A DNA stretch of 64,000 nucleotides from Candidatus Kaiserbacteria bacterium (GCA_029288835.1 JARIGN010000032.1:15090-79089), one strand, 5' to 3'; positions 1 to 10,074 are shown, counted from the stretch's first letter. Numbers and translations: made by a program. Notes: generated by a model not told the origin, from the letters alone.

Positions 1-483
1 GACTTAATTCATGAAGTAGAAAGAATTGAAGCCATTGAAAGGTCAGAAGACTCTTTGGAAGTTCCCGTAGACATACTAAGGGTTCCTCATCCCTATTTTC
101 ATTATCAAAATGGAAAAATCCAGTGTTATGGAATGGAAGAAATAGACGGCATTACTCTTGAAAAGGGAATATCGCAGAGTATAGATCCAGGTTTAAAGGA
201 AGAACTTAAAGAAAAATTTAGGGTGATGAACCTTGAGACAATAAATGCTGAAGTTGAAAGATTCTTTTCAATAATGCATGAGACTTGCCTCCATGGAGAC
301 ATTAAAGCTGCAAATCTCATGGTTTCAAGAGAAGGAAGATTTTACGTAATAGATTTTGGACAATCTGTCCTAGCAAGGGATATAAGCGATAAAGAGATTG
401 AAGCCTTTGAAAACTTAAAGGATGAGGAAAAAAGAAATGTAAAGATCCTCATTCGTGCTTTCCTGGATGCACTTTCTAAATAG
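1..483 (+). CDS. C-terminal fragment of a protein-kinase-like-fold protein (APH/RIO/Kdo-kinase-like); 5' end lies outside the window
   Basis: The reading frame is open from nt 1. Catalytic-loop-like HGDIKAANLMV and a DFG-like VIDFGQS are present. The segment is AT-rich relative to the flanks. A bidirectional hairpin terminator follows at 484-508. Confidence 0.5.
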   Translation, partial: DLIHEVERIEAIERSEDSLEVPVDILRVPHPYFHYQNGKIQCYGMEEIDGITLEKGISQSIDPGLKEELKEKFRVMNLETINAEVERFFSIMHETCLHGDIKAANLMVSREGRFYVIDFGQSVLARDISDKEIEAFENLKDEEKRNVKILIRAFLDALSK

Positions 484-508
484 AAAACCGCCCAACTGGG
501 CGGTTTTC
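484..508. terminator. Bidirectional intrinsic terminator shared by the kinase-like gene (+) and hup (-)
   Basis: aaaACCGCCCaactGGGCGGTttt: a 7-bp GC stem flanked by an A-run and a T-run. Confidence 0.7.
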
Positions 509-532
509 TGTAAAACAAAGTCTCGCTTGGGA

Positions 533-805
533 CTACTTAACAGCGTCCTTAAGCGCCTTAGCTGCGCGGAACTTAGGAGTGCGCGTTGCAGCGATCTGGA
601 TGGTCTCGCCAGTGCGAGGGTTGCGGCCGGTGCGTGCTGGGCGAGCCTTTGCCGTGAAGATGCCGAGGCCAGAAATTGACACTTCGTCACCAGACTTTAG
701 ACCGCTCGTGATTGAGTCAATCATTGCCTCAACTGCGCGATCAGCATCCGCCTTGGTGCCGCCGAGCACTTCCTGCACCTTTGTTACGATATCTGCTTTA
801 TTCAT
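533..805 (-). CDS. hup: DNA-binding protein HU
   Basis: The 90-aa product MNKADIVTKVQEVLGGTKADADRAVEAMIDSITSGLKSGDEVSISGLGIFTAKARPARTGRNPRTGETIQIAA matches the HU/IHF fold signature. The start was placed at the internal ATG at 805, not the long ORF start at 955. Confidence 0.9.
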   Translation of the reverse strand: MNKADIVTKVQEVLGGTKADADRAVEAMIDSITSGLKSGDEVSISGLGIFTAKARPARTGRNPRTGETIQIAATRTPKFRAAKALKDAVK

Positions 806-953
806 AGGAATAAGAATTTTTAAGGTTAAATCCTCCCGAAGGAAGGCTGTGCAAAAAGTATAAGAAATGAGCCATATATTGCAAGGCTTTAAAAACGTGA
901 GCGGGGATATCAAAAAGTTGACTTTAAAGTATACTTTAAGGTATACTAAAATC

Positions 954-1196
954 ATGAATAAAATAATGGGAATTAAAGAGCTCCAACTTAACCTTAAAAG
1001 GGTTGCAGACGCTGCTCAAAAAGGGGAGTCTTTTCTCATTGTGCGTGATTCTAAGCCAGTTTTTCGGATTGAACCCATGCAAAATGATGGAAGGAGCGGA
1101 ACACTAGAGGACGCGTTTGAAGCGTTGCGCTTTAAGGGAGAAAAAGACTTATCCAAAAAGATAGATGAGATAGTGTATGGCACTAGCGTTCATTGA
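954..1196 (+). CDS. Phd/YefM-like type II antitoxin
   Basis: Small protein MNKIMGIKELQLNLKRVADAAQKGESFLIVRDSKPVFRIEP. It overlaps the downstream PIN toxin gene by 20 nt. The block is AT-rich. Confidence 0.55.
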   Translation: MNKIMGIKELQLNLKRVADAAQKGESFLIVRDSKPVFRIEPMQNDGRSGTLEDAFEALRFKGEKDLSKKIDEIVYGTSVH

Positions 1197-1584
1197 TACA
1201 AGCCTTTTAGTGGCTTATTTTAATGAAAGTGACTCACTTCACGCCAAGGCACATAAGGCTATAAGCTCTATCACGAGACCTTTACTAGTTCATGAGTACG
1301 TACTGCTTGAGAGTGCTACCGTTCTGATGAGTCGAGAGACCAAGGAGCTTGCAGATGTATTCGTAAAAATTATGCTTACCAATGCTGATTTTAGGCTCAT
1401 TTATAGTGACAAATACTTTTTACAGGAAAGTGCAGAATCCTTCTTGGAATCAAAAACTAAGCAAATATCCTTTGTGGATGCTGCCCTACTTGCCCTATCG
1501 GATGGTTACCCAATTCTTACTTTTGATAATTCTTTACAAAAAGCCATCGAAAAAAGAAAAGCTTTAAAAAACACTGAAAAGTAA
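1177..1584 (+). CDS. PIN-domain toxin (VapC-like)
   Basis: N-terminal IDTSLLVAY and C-terminal ISFVDAALLALSDGYPILTFD acidic residues are arranged as in PIN nucleases. The gene overlaps the upstream antitoxin. Confidence 0.65.
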   Translation: MALAFIDTSLLVAYFNESDSLHAKAHKAISSITRPLLVHEYVLLESATVLMSRETKELADVFVKIMLTNADFRLIYSDKYFLQESAESFLESKTKQISFVDAALLALSDGYPILTFDNSLQKAIEKRKALKNTEK

Positions 1585-1587
1585 TTC

Positions 1588-3117
1588 CTAGCGTGCAAAC
1601 TCTACTACGCGGTTCTCACGGATGACGTTTACTTTGATTTCGCCCGGATATTTAAGCTCGTTCTGAATACGAAGCGCGATTTCACGCGCAAGCTTGTGGG
1701 TCTCGAGGTCAGAAACCTTGCCGGGATTCACGAAAATGCGAATTTCACGACCGGCCTGTATTGCATACACCTTCTCGACGCCCTCAAAGCCGCTCGCTAT
1801 GCGCTCAAGATCACCCAATCGCTCAAGATAGCGCTCAAGCGTGTCCTTACGCGCGCCAGGACGGCTCGCAGAAACGGCATCAGCGACCTGCACGATGACC
1901 GACTCAGGAGTTTCATACGGGTATTCCTCGTGATGCGCCTGCATTGCCTGAATCATGCGCTTCTCAACGCCAAACTTCTCCAAAATCCGGCGCCCAATCT
2001 CCACGTGCGTTCCTTCTACCTCATGGTCTACGGCCTTTCCTATGTCATGCAAAAGCGCACCGGCACGCGAGACCTCAACATCTGCGCCAAGTTCTGCGGC
2101 AAGCATGCCGGCAATGTGCGCCATTTCTACGGAGTGTTGCAGCACGTTTTGCCCATAGCTGGTGCGGAAATAGAGTCTTCCGAGGAGGGAAATAAGGCGC
2201 GGATCTAGGCCAATAACACCCGCTTCATAGGCGGCTTCTTCTCCCTTTTGCTTAATCATTACCTCGGTCTCTTCTTTGGTCTTTTGCACGGTTTCTTCAA
2301 TTTTTGCCGGCTGAATACGACCATCAGCGATGAGCTTTTCAAGCGATACTTTCGCAATATAGCGGCGAAGCGGATCAAAAGAGGAAAGGGTGATTCGGTC
2401 AGGGCCGTCATCAATGATGAGATCTACACCGGTTGCGCGCTCAAAGGCCTTAATATTGCGGCCTTCTTTTCCAATAACCTTTCCTTTTATTTCTTCGCTC
2501 GGGATCTGTACGGAAAGCGTCATTGCTTCGCTATTCACGGCATTTCCCATGCGGTGAATAGTGCTCATGAGAATGTCGCGCGCGCGTTCCTCAAGCATTT
2601 TGCGGCCATGCGTCTCGAGCTTTTGGAGGCGTGCAAGCAGGCTGCTCTCCTGGGTCTTCTCGAGCTGCTCCAATAGACGCTTGCGGGCTTCGTCCTGGGT
2701 GAGGTCAGCAATACGCTCAAGCTGGACGCGCTCCTCGGTAATGAGCTTTTCTGCTTCACGGCGCAAATTCGCTACCTCATTCTCCCGGTTACGGATCATG
2801 TCTGCCTGCTGAGCAAGCTTTCGGGCACTTTCATCAAGAAATTCCTCGCGCTTTAGGACGCGCTCCTCTATTTTCTCCAGGCGCTCTTCACGCTCATGGA
2901 GGGGAAGGGTGAGCTCGCTCTCAATAGCTTCAGCTTTTTGCTCAGCTTCCTCAATGATGCGGTTCGCGCGCTCACGTGCCTCAAGCAGCTTTTGCTTCAC
3001 TTCAAGCTCCAAAGAGCCGCGCTGCCCGAGCGCAATCAATAGCCTCAGGACGTACCCGAGCGCAATACCTGCGAAGCCTGAAAAGGCGAGCAGGGAAAGT
3101 AAAAGCTTGATAGACAT
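1588..3117 (-). CDS. rny: Ribonuclease Y
   Basis: A 509-aa protein with an N-terminal TM helix, a coiled-coil region, a KH motif GKEGRNIKAFERATGVDLIID and an HD domain (LLHDIGKA). Confidence 0.9.
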   Translation of the reverse strand: MSIKLLLSLLAFSGFAGIALGYVLRLLIALGQRGSLELEVKQKLLEARERANRIIEEAEQKAEAIESELTLPLHEREERLEKIEERVLKREEFLDESARKLAQQADMIRNRENEVANLRREAEKLITEERVQLERIADLTQDEARKRLLEQLEKTQESSLLARLQKLETHGRKMLEERARDILMSTIHRMGNAVNSEAMTLSVQIPSEEIKGKVIGKEGRNIKAFERATGVDLIIDDGPDRITLSSFDPLRRYIAKVSLEKLIADGRIQPAKIEETVQKTKEETEVMIKQKGEEAAYEAGVIGLDPRLISLLGRLYFRTSYGQNVLQHSVEMAHIAGMLAAELGADVEVSRAGALLHDIGKAVDHEVEGTHVEIGRRILEKFGVEKRMIQAMQAHHEEYPYETPESVIVQVADAVSASRPGARKDTLERYLERLGDLERIASGFEGVEKVYAIQAGREIRIFVNPGKVSDLETHKLAREIALRIQNELKYPGEIKVNVIRENRVVEFAR

Positions 3118-3199
3118 AAGAATACTGCTGAACCTGTGTCAGCGAATGATACCGCATGCCGAGACATGCGTAAAATGAAGGCTATTTTGGTAAAAACAA

Positions 3200-3808
3200 C
3201 TACTTTCCGCCCTTGTACACCGTGTCCACGAGACCGTATTTCTTTGCGTCATCGGCCATCATGAAGTAGTCGCGGTCGACGTCCTTCTCAACCTTATCGA
3301 GCGGCTGGCCGGTTGCCTTTGCAAGGATCTTGTTAAGGCGGTCACGCGTCGCAAGGATATGCTTTGCGGTGATTTCAATATCAGAAGCCTGGCCCTGGGC
3401 GCCTCCCCATGGCTGGTGGATCATCACTTCCGCGTTGGGAAGCGCAAAACGCTTGCCTTTCTCCCCGCTTGCGAGAATCACTGCCGCTGCAGATGCTGCC
3501 ATACCGACGCATACCGTCGCGACGTCTGGCTTCACGTGATTCATGGTGTCGAGGATAGCGAGACCTGCCGTCACAGAGCCACCGGGTGAGTTAATGTAGA
3601 GGTAAATGTCTTTCTTTGGGTCTTCAGACTCAAGGAAGAGAAGCTGGGCGATGATGAGGTTGGCTACATCATCATCTATTCCGCCGCCGAGGAAGACGAT
3701 ACGGTCCTTAAGAAGGCGGGAGTATATGTCATAGCCACGCTCACCAAACTGTGATTTTTCAATCACCATTGGGACGAGCATTGCTGATTTAATTGGTTTT
3801 GATTCCAT
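3200..3808 (-). CDS. clpP: ATP-dependent Clp protease proteolytic subunit
   Basis: ClpP family signature with active-site GMAASAA, MIHQP and the usual length. Confidence 0.95.
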   Translation of the reverse strand: MESKPIKSAMLVPMVIEKSQFGERGYDIYSRLLKDRIVFLGGGIDDDVANLIIAQLLFLESEDPKKDIYLYINSPGGSVTAGLAILDTMNHVKPDVATVCVGMAASAAAVILASGEKGKRFALPNAEVMIHQPWGGAQGQASDIEITAKHILATRDRLNKILAKATGQPLDKVEKDVDRDYFMMADDAKKYGLVDTVYKGGK

Positions 3809-3838
3809 AGAGAAAGTGTTACATGCTTATAATTGCCG

Positions 3839-4081
3839 TTATGGCTGGTGTGCGGGCTGTTGAAGATGAAGCTGGGCTTCTAGTGCCTGGTCCTGGCGGA
3901 TGCGTGCGCCCCACGAATAGAACGCGCCGAGGATGATCATCGTGAGGATGATCGTAATAGAGATGATGGCGCCCCAGGAGGCATTGCGATGGATTGAGCT
4001 TGGCGCAGAAGGGTCTTTTTCATGGCCTTCTTCTACCTCGGGGACAAAACTTTTTGTTTTTGAAAGTGCTGATTTCTCCAT
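3839..4081 (-). CDS. Small single-pass membrane protein, hypothetical
   Basis: An 80-aa ORF with one hydrophobic helix IISITIILTMIILGAFY. It fills the gap between ppa and clpP on the same strand. Confidence 0.35.
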   Translation of the reverse strand: MEKSALSKTKSFVPEVEEGHEKDPSAPSSIHRNASWGAIISITIILTMIILGAFYSWGARIRQDQALEAQLHLQQPAHQP

Positions 4082-4132
4082 GCCTTCAGTATAGCAGAAA
4101 GCAGTTTTCGGAGAAATTTGGACTCGCTCACC

Positions 4133-4657
4133 CTACGCGGTCTTCTTTGCCTGATACATCTCGCACGCGCGGGTGAAGGCAGCTTCTGCTGCATCGCGTC
4201 CTTGATAGTCTTCAAGGGTCACTTCCTTGTTCTGGAGCTGCTTGTAGGTGAGGAAGAAGTGCGCGATTTCCTTGAGGGTGTGCTTGTTGAGGTCACTGAG
4301 GTCCTTAATCTCAGCAAAGCGAGGGTCTGTGGCAGGAACCGCAATGATCTTCTCATCTTTTTCACCTCCATCAATCATTGGAAGCACCGCAACAGGGCGC
4401 GCGTGCACGAGAATGCCCGGCATAAGTGGCTGTGTTGTAAGAAGGACCACATCGAGCGCGTCGCCATCATCCCAAAGGGTCTGCGGCACAAAGCCGTAGT
4501 CGAAAGGATACTGCTGGGCGGTGTGGAGCACACGATCAAGCGCGATAAGGCCCGTCTCCTTATCTATTTCATACTTATTCATCGAGCCGCGAGGAATCTC
4601 GATAATGACATTCATCTTTTCTTTTGATCCTGGCTCTATGTCGTGAAGTAGGTTCAT
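4133..4657 (-). CDS. ppa: Inorganic pyrophosphatase
   Basis: IEIPRGSMNKYEID ... DGDALDVVL ... PMIDGGEKDEKIIAV match family I soluble PPase motifs. Confidence 0.9.
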   Translation of the reverse strand: MNLLHDIEPGSKEKMNVIIEIPRGSMNKYEIDKETGLIALDRVLHTAQQYPFDYGFVPQTLWDDGDALDVVLLTTQPLMPGILVHARPVAVLPMIDGGEKDEKIIAVPATDPRFAEIKDLSDLNKHTLKEIAHFFLTYKQLQNKEVTLEDYQGRDAAEAAFTRACEMYQAKKTA

Positions 4658-4702
4658 GGGTATGGTAGGAAGTTACTAATACCTGAAGTGTATCAGATGC
4701 TA

Positions 4703-6217
4703 CTACGCGTTATCCGCGATTGTCTGCGCATCTTCGTCGCGTGCTTCTTCAGCATCAGCTACGGAAGCGTTGTCGGTGAAGTTCAGCTCCTCTTCTGCGG
4801 TGAGGGTACCGGTTCCTGCCTCAGAATCATCTTCTGAAATAACGGAATTCTGCTCGGTGAGTCCTTCAACGTTTTCATCTACGGGGGAATCATCCTCAAC
4901 GCTCGTATCAGCCATAGCCTGCGCCATTTCTACAGCGCCTTCGTCGCTTTGCTCATCAAGGCTCGCTGAGCCCTCAGTCATTGTGTCTTCGTTCATGGGT
5001 GTTTCGTTAGGGGTTGTTTCATTTGCTGAGTCTTCGCTCGCTGCTTCTGTTTCGTTTTCATGTGCGTCACTTGGTCCGCCAACGGAATTAATGTCGATGT
5101 TCCAGCCGGTGAGCTTTGCGGCAAGGCGCACGTTCTGGCCGCCACGACCAATAGCGAGTGACTGCTGATCTTCGGAAACGGTTACGGTTGCGCGATGCTC
5201 TTCTTCATTAAGCTCAACTTCAAGCACGGTTGCCGGAGAAAGTGACTCCTTCACGAAGGACGTAGCGTCTTCTGACCATTCGATAATGTCGATGCGTTCG
5301 CCACCAAGGGCGGTCATCACGGTCATAACGCGTACGCCGCGCTGTCCCACGAGAGAACCAACCGGGTCAACATGCGGGTCAAGGGAAGCAATAGCGATCT
5401 TGCTGCGGCTTCCTGGCTCGCGGGCAATACCCTTCACTTCAAGCGCACCAGAAGCGAGCTCGGGTACTTCCATCTCAAAGAGCTTCACGAGGAAGCGAGG
5501 ATGGGAGCGGGAAAGGCGAAGATATACGCCACGGAATCCTTCATCGACAGAATACAGATATGCCTGGATACGCTCTCCTGGGCGGAAACGCTCACCAGGA
5601 ATTTGCTCCTCATAAGGGATGATGCCGGTAGCACGGCCGAGGTCGAGATAAATCGCGCCACGCTCCATGCGCTGTACGACACCTGAAACGATCTCACCCT
5701 TCTTGCTGCCGAATTCATCAAGCACAGAGACCTTTTCAGCCTCGCGCACCTTTTGAATGATTACCTGCTTTGCGGTTTGTGCAGCGATGCGGCCGAAGTC
5801 ATCCTGCGGCTCAAGAGGGAAGATAAGCTCACCGCCAAGCTCAGCGTCACGCTTTATGCGGCGCGCATCCTCAAGAAGAATATGCTTTTCCGTGTCAAAA
5901 CGAGGGAGTTCTCCTTCAGGCGTCTCTTCTTCATGGTGTGGGTGTTGGTGTCCCTGCTGGGCCTCCTGCTCCTCAGTCTCCTCTTCAGGTGATGGAAAAC
6001 GCACCATCGTCTCGTCAACGATAGTCTTTACCTGTTCAAAGGAGACGGTGCCGGTGTTCATGTCGAGCATCGCGCGCACGATCTGGCCACGCTTGCCGTA
6101 TTCGCGCTTGTACGCGGTTGCCATTGCGGATTCAATGGCTTCGATCATGGTCTCTTTGGTGATACCGCGGTCTTCGAACTCACCGAGCACGGAATGAATT
6201 GTTTTGAGGTCTAGCAT
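4703..6217 (-). CDS. nusA: Transcription termination/antitermination factor NusA with a long acidic C-terminal tail
   Basis: An N-terminal NusA domain, an S1 domain and two KH regions (IGRGGQNVRLAAKLTGWNIDI) are present. An internal His/Glu-rich insert and an Asp/Glu-rich tail of about 150 aa are unusual. The start was placed at MLDLKTIH (6217). Confidence 0.9.
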   Translation of the reverse strand: MLDLKTIHSVLGEFEDRGITKETMIEAIESAMATAYKREYGKRGQIVRAMLDMNTGTVSFEQVKTIVDETMVRFPSPEEETEEQEAQQGHQHPHHEEETPEGELPRFDTEKHILLEDARRIKRDAELGGELIFPLEPQDDFGRIAAQTAKQVIIQKVREAEKVSVLDEFGSKKGEIVSGVVQRMERGAIYLDLGRATGIIPYEEQIPGERFRPGERIQAYLYSVDEGFRGVYLRLSRSHPRFLVKLFEMEVPELASGALEVKGIAREPGSRSKIAIASLDPHVDPVGSLVGQRGVRVMTVMTALGGERIDIIEWSEDATSFVKESLSPATVLEVELNEEEHRATVTVSEDQQSLAIGRGGQNVRLAAKLTGWNIDINSVGGPSDAHENETEAASEDSANETTPNETPMNEDTMTEGSASLDEQSDEGAVEMAQAMADTSVEDDSPVDENVEGLTEQNSVISEDDSEAGTGTLTAEEELNFTDNASVADAEEARDEDAQTIADNA

Positions 6218-6352
6218 ATATGGAATGTGTATTTTATAAGAAATGCCCGCGGGTGCGGACATCTCAGGTATCTAAAATGTACCATGGAGCGGGGTTTGCG
6301 TCAATTGATGAAAATTTTACCCCGGCTGCGCATGGCGCGGCCGGGGCGAAGT

Positions 6353-6730
6353 TTAGGGGCAGAGCTTCGTGTAGCTCAGTTTTCCCGCTATACGCGGGTT
6401 CACTTGTCTCCACCGACACGAAGCGGAGATAGCAGGCATATCTTCACCTGGACTGAAATCCCAGGTGCCGACCTCGTGCAAGCTTGCAGGTGAGGAAGGC
6501 CCTGCGAACTGCGGCACTGAGGGCATAGAGTATGTCGGCTGCCGGTAGATGACCATAGGTTGAGACATAGCGCAGCCCCAACCATTGTAATAGGAAGGGG
6601 GAACGCAAATGACAATGCGCGGCGCCCAGCTCCGATGCCACTCATACCACTCGTGCGCAGAGGCTGGAGTCGCTGCGAGTGAGGAAATAGCAGCGATGGC
6701 GGCCACAAATGCAAGGAAAAACTTGTTCAT
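6353..6730 (-). CDS. Small secreted protein, hypothetical
   Basis: A clear signal peptide MNKFFLAFVAAIAAISSLAATPASA, a strong SD AAGGAGGG 6 nt upstream, and a near-consensus promoter upstream. Confidence 0.5.
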   Translation of the reverse strand: MNKFFLAFVAAIAAISSLAATPASAHEWYEWHRSWAPRIVICVPPSYYNGWGCAMSQPMVIYRQPTYSMPSVPQFAGPSSPASLHEVGTWDFSPGEDMPAISASCRWRQVNPRIAGKLSYTKLCP

Positions 6731-6786
6731 GTGGCCCTCCTTGGCCGATTGTGAGCCCTTTCACATTGAAAAGACCTTTCCCTAAC

Positions 6787-6814
6787 ATTATACACTTAAT
6801 ACTATAAATGTCAA
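6787..6814 (-). promoter_or_regulatory. Sigma70-like promoter (TTGACA-N16-TATAAT) for the secreted-protein gene
   Basis: On the minus strand: cTTGACAtttatagtattaagtgTATAATgtta, about 50 nt upstream of the start codon. Confidence 0.6.
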
Positions 6815-6974
6815 GTACCTTTGTGTTACGAAATAGTGCCGAGGAGCTGTTTAGCAGCATTAGGGGAGAGCCCTTCGCACAAATATTTTATCGGAAAGGG
6901 GATAACCGTGTACTTTGCATCTCTTTGCGCATAAAGCGCGGTATACTTTATGCAGCTTAAAGCGGTAATTTTGC

Positions 6975-8837
6975 ATGCAAGTATCCGAAAACGAACTTAA
7001 GACGTTTATTCTCGACTCCGGCCTGGTGTCGCGTAAGGACGTTGAAGAAGCGGAGGCAAAAGCGCATGCTTCGCAGGCGGCAGTAGCTGCAGCCGCAGTG
7101 GAGGGAGCAGATACCGCAAACGGCAAAGGGAAGGGCAAGGACACAAACGGTGCCTCGAGCTTGATGGATGACGAGCCACAGCGCGCGCAGTCGCTCGGTG
7201 ATGTGCTCGTCACGGAAGGGCTCCTTTCTTCGGATGCGCTTCGCCGCATTCAAGGCTATGTTCTGGGAATTCCCTTCGTAAACCTCAAAGACAGTAAGAT
7301 TCCGCTCGAAGTGCTCTCGCTTATTCCGGAGCCGATTGCGCGCAAATACAACATCATTGCGTTCAAGAAGAATGCTGACTCGCTTGAAGTGGCGATGCTC
7401 GACACGCAAGACCTTCCGGCTATCGACTCCGTGAAGAAAAAGACGGGCCTCAACATTATGGTGCGTCTCACCGACGAGGAATCGATTAAACACTCACTGG
7501 TGCAGTATCAAAAGTCGTTGAAGGAGGAGTTCGGTGACCTCATCACGAAAGAAACGAAAAACCTCAAGCTCGTGAAGGAAGATGGCGAGCAGGCGCTTTC
7601 CGGGGATGATCTTAAAAAAATGGCAGAAGACTTGCCAATCGTGCGCATTGTCGACACCCTTTTGCGCCACGCGATCATCCAGGGTGCTTCAGACATCCAC
7701 ATAGAGCCGATGGAAGAGCAGGTGCTCGTGCGCTACCGCATCGACGGTATTCTCCACGACGCGATGACCCTGCCAAAAGAAGCGACTGCGGGTATCATTG
7801 CGCGCATTAAGGTGCTTTCAAACTTGAAGCTCGACGAGAAGCGCTTGCCGCAGGACGGCCGCTTCAAGATGGAGACCGAAACCGACAAAGTTTCTTTCCG
7901 TGTGTCGCTTCTCCCAACCTACTACGGCGAAAAAGTCGTGATGCGCCTTTTGCGCGAGACCGGTGAAGGCTTCACGCTCGAAGCACTTGGTTTCCATGGC
8001 GCATCCCTCGAGCTTATGCATGACTCGATGAAGCAGACCACGGGCATCATCCTCATCTCTGGACCGACTGGTTCCGGAAAGACCACGACGCTCTATACTG
8101 TGCTCGATATCTTGAATACGCCTGACGTTAACATCTCTACCGTTGAAGACCCAATCGAATACCAGATGAAGCGTGTGAACCAGACGCAGGTGAATCCTGC
8201 CATTGGCTTCACGTTTGCAAACGGCCTCCGTGCACTCCTTCGCCAGGACCCAAACATAATCATGGTGGGTGAGATCCGCGACGGTGAGACGGCATCGCTT
8301 GCTATCAATGCTGCACTCACTGGTCACCTGGTGCTCTCGACCATCCACACCAATAGTGCAGCGGGTGCAATCCCGCGCCTCATCGACATGGGCATTGAGC
8401 CGTTCCTTCTCGTGTCGACGCTGCGCGTGATCGTCGGCCAGCGTCTGGTGCGCCGCCTTACCGACAGCAAGGAAGCGTATACGCTTGATAAGGTAGAGCG
8501 CGAAAAGGTGTGCAAGGAAGAATATTTTGAAGCAGTGCTTAAGGCACTTACGGACGAAAAGCTTGTGAAGGCAGGCACAAAGGTCGACTCGCTGCCGTTC
8601 TATCACCCAAAGCCTGGTTCTGCATCTGAAGACGGCTACAAAGGCCGCATCGGTATCCACGAAGTGCTTCGCGTATCGCCGGCCATAAAGGAGCTCGTGC
8701 TTCATGGGGGCATTACGGATGCCATTCAGGAACAGGGTCGCAAGGAAGGCATGCTCACCATGCTTGAGGACGGTATCTATCAGGCGAGTCGTGGGGTGAC
8801 CTCGGTAGAGGAAGTGCTCCGGGCGATTAAGGATTAG
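6975..8837 (+). CDS. pilB: Type IV pilus assembly ATPase PilB (GspE family)
   Basis: An N-terminal GSPII_E N-domain, Walker A GPTGSGKTT, and Asp/His boxes. The N-terminus carries an Ala/Gly/Lys-rich insert (AAVAAAAVEGADTANGKGKGKD). Confidence 0.9.
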   Translation: MQVSENELKTFILDSGLVSRKDVEEAEAKAHASQAAVAAAAVEGADTANGKGKGKDTNGASSLMDDEPQRAQSLGDVLVTEGLLSSDALRRIQGYVLGIPFVNLKDSKIPLEVLSLIPEPIARKYNIIAFKKNADSLEVAMLDTQDLPAIDSVKKKTGLNIMVRLTDEESIKHSLVQYQKSLKEEFGDLITKETKNLKLVKEDGEQALSGDDLKKMAEDLPIVRIVDTLLRHAIIQGASDIHIEPMEEQVLVRYRIDGILHDAMTLPKEATAGIIARIKVLSNLKLDEKRLPQDGRFKMETETDKVSFRVSLLPTYYGEKVVMRLLRETGEGFTLEALGFHGASLELMHDSMKQTTGIILISGPTGSGKTTTLYTVLDILNTPDVNISTVEDPIEYQMKRVNQTQVNPAIGFTFANGLRALLRQDPNIIMVGEIRDGETASLAINAALTGHLVLSTIHTNSAAGAIPRLIDMGIEPFLLVSTLRVIVGQRLVRRLTDSKEAYTLDKVEREKVCKEEYFEAVLKALTDEKLVKAGTKVDSLPFYHPKPGSASEDGYKGRIGIHEVLRVSPAIKELVLHGGITDAIQEQGRKEGMLTMLEDGIYQASRGVTSVEEVLRAIKD

Positions 8838-8859
8838 GTAAGGATTCGCATTCACTACT

Positions 8860-10074
8860 ATGAAATTCCGCGTTGTCGTACAAAAAGCAGATGGTACCGA
8901 AGAAAAGCGCCTCATTGATGCAGAGACGCGTTTTGCAGTATATAGCCAAATAGAGAAAGAGGGCGGCCACGTCGTTTCCTTGACGGAAGGGGAAGGGAAG
9001 AAGTTGCCGAAGTGGATGAACATCCAGATTGGGTCTGGCATCAAGACGGAAGCAAAAATTACCTTTACAAAAAACCTGGCCGCAATGCTTTCCGCAGGTC
9101 TTGCCCTGCCGCGCGCGCTCAGCGTCATCGAGCGCCAGTCGGCAAATAAATATTTGAAAAATATCGTCACGGACCTTGAGACGCGCATTAAGTCTGGAGG
9201 TACGTTCCATGAAGCACTTCAGGCGCATGCAAACGTATTTCCAAAAATTTTCATTGCTATGGCAAAGGCAGGTGAAGAGGGAGGGACGCTTGCAGACAGT
9301 TTACGTATTGTGGCGAAGCAAATGGAAAGTTCCGACCGTCTCACGAAAAAGATAAAAGGCGCGATGATCTATCCGGCTATCATCGTCTTTGCCGTGTTCG
9401 TCATCGGCATACTCATGCTGCTCTTCGTGGTACCTACGCTCGCCGCGACGTTCGCTTCCTTTGGTTCCAAGCTCCCTATCGCCACACAGATCATCCTCGA
9501 CATGTCGAATTTCATGCGCAGTAATTTTATCGTGGTGCTTATCGGCCTTGTCGTGCTTGTGGGAGGGGGCATAGCATTTTTCCGATCGCACGTGGGCGGT
9601 ACGACCGTACTTTTTTGTGCACTTCATATGCCCGTGATAGGGGAGCTCACGCGAGAAACGTACAGCGCCCGCGCTGCGCGTACGCTTTCTTCACTGCTTA
9701 GTTCGGGTGTTGAAATGCTTACAGCGCTTTCCATTACCTATGAAGTGGTGGGAGATAACGTCTTTGGTGCCGTGGTAAAAGAGGCGGAAGAGAAAGTGCA
9801 GAAAGGTGAACAGCTATCACTTTCTTTTGTGGAGCATCCAAAGCTCTATCCAATTCTCTTTAGCGATATGATTACGGTGGGTGAAGAGACCGGAAAAGTG
9901 TCTGACATGCTGAGTCAGATTGCAGAATATTTTGAAACCGATGTGGAAGACCGCACTAAGGACCTTTCTACTATTATTGAGCCGCTGCTCATGCTCTTTA
10001 TCGGTGCGTTCGTGGGAGTATTTGCTATCGCGATGATTGCGCCAATCTACTCACTCTCTTCCTCTATCGGTTAG
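8860..10074 (+). CDS. pilC: Type IV pilus inner-membrane platform protein PilC (GspF family)
   Basis: Duplicated GspF domains, three TM regions, and conserved location immediately after pilB. Confidence 0.9.
   Translation: MKFRVVVQKADGTEEKRLIDAETRFAVYSQIEKEGGHVVSLTEGEGKKLPKWMNIQIGSGIKTEAKITFTKNLAAMLSAGLALPRALSVIERQSANKYLKNIVTDLETRIKSGGTFHEALQAHANVFPKIFIAMAKAGEEGGTLADSLRIVAKQMESSDRLTKKIKGAMIYPAIIVFAVFVIGILMLLFVVPTLAATFASFGSKLPIATQIILDMSNFMRSNFIVVLIGLVVLVGGGIAFFRSHVGGTTVLFCALHMPVIGELTRETYSARAARTLSSLLSSGVEMLTALSITYEVVGDNVFGAVVKEAEEKVQKGEQLSLSFVEHPKLYPILFSDMITVGEETGKVSDMLSQIAEYFETDVEDRTKDLSTIIEPLLMLFIGAFVGVFAIAMIAPIYSLSSSIG

Noticed and set aside
6380-6460. tRNA-like fragment (GTAGCTCAG resembling a D-loop)
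   Set aside because: No acceptor-stem pairing, no T-loop GTTCGAATC-like sequence and no anticodon arm could be built. It lies inside the 3' end of a signal-peptide ORF.
7818-9188. 456-aa ORF on the minus strand overlapping pilB/pilC
   Set aside because: It is antisense to two well-supported genes in GC-rich DNA and has no motifs and Arg/Cys-rich junk composition. This is the typical shadow ORF.
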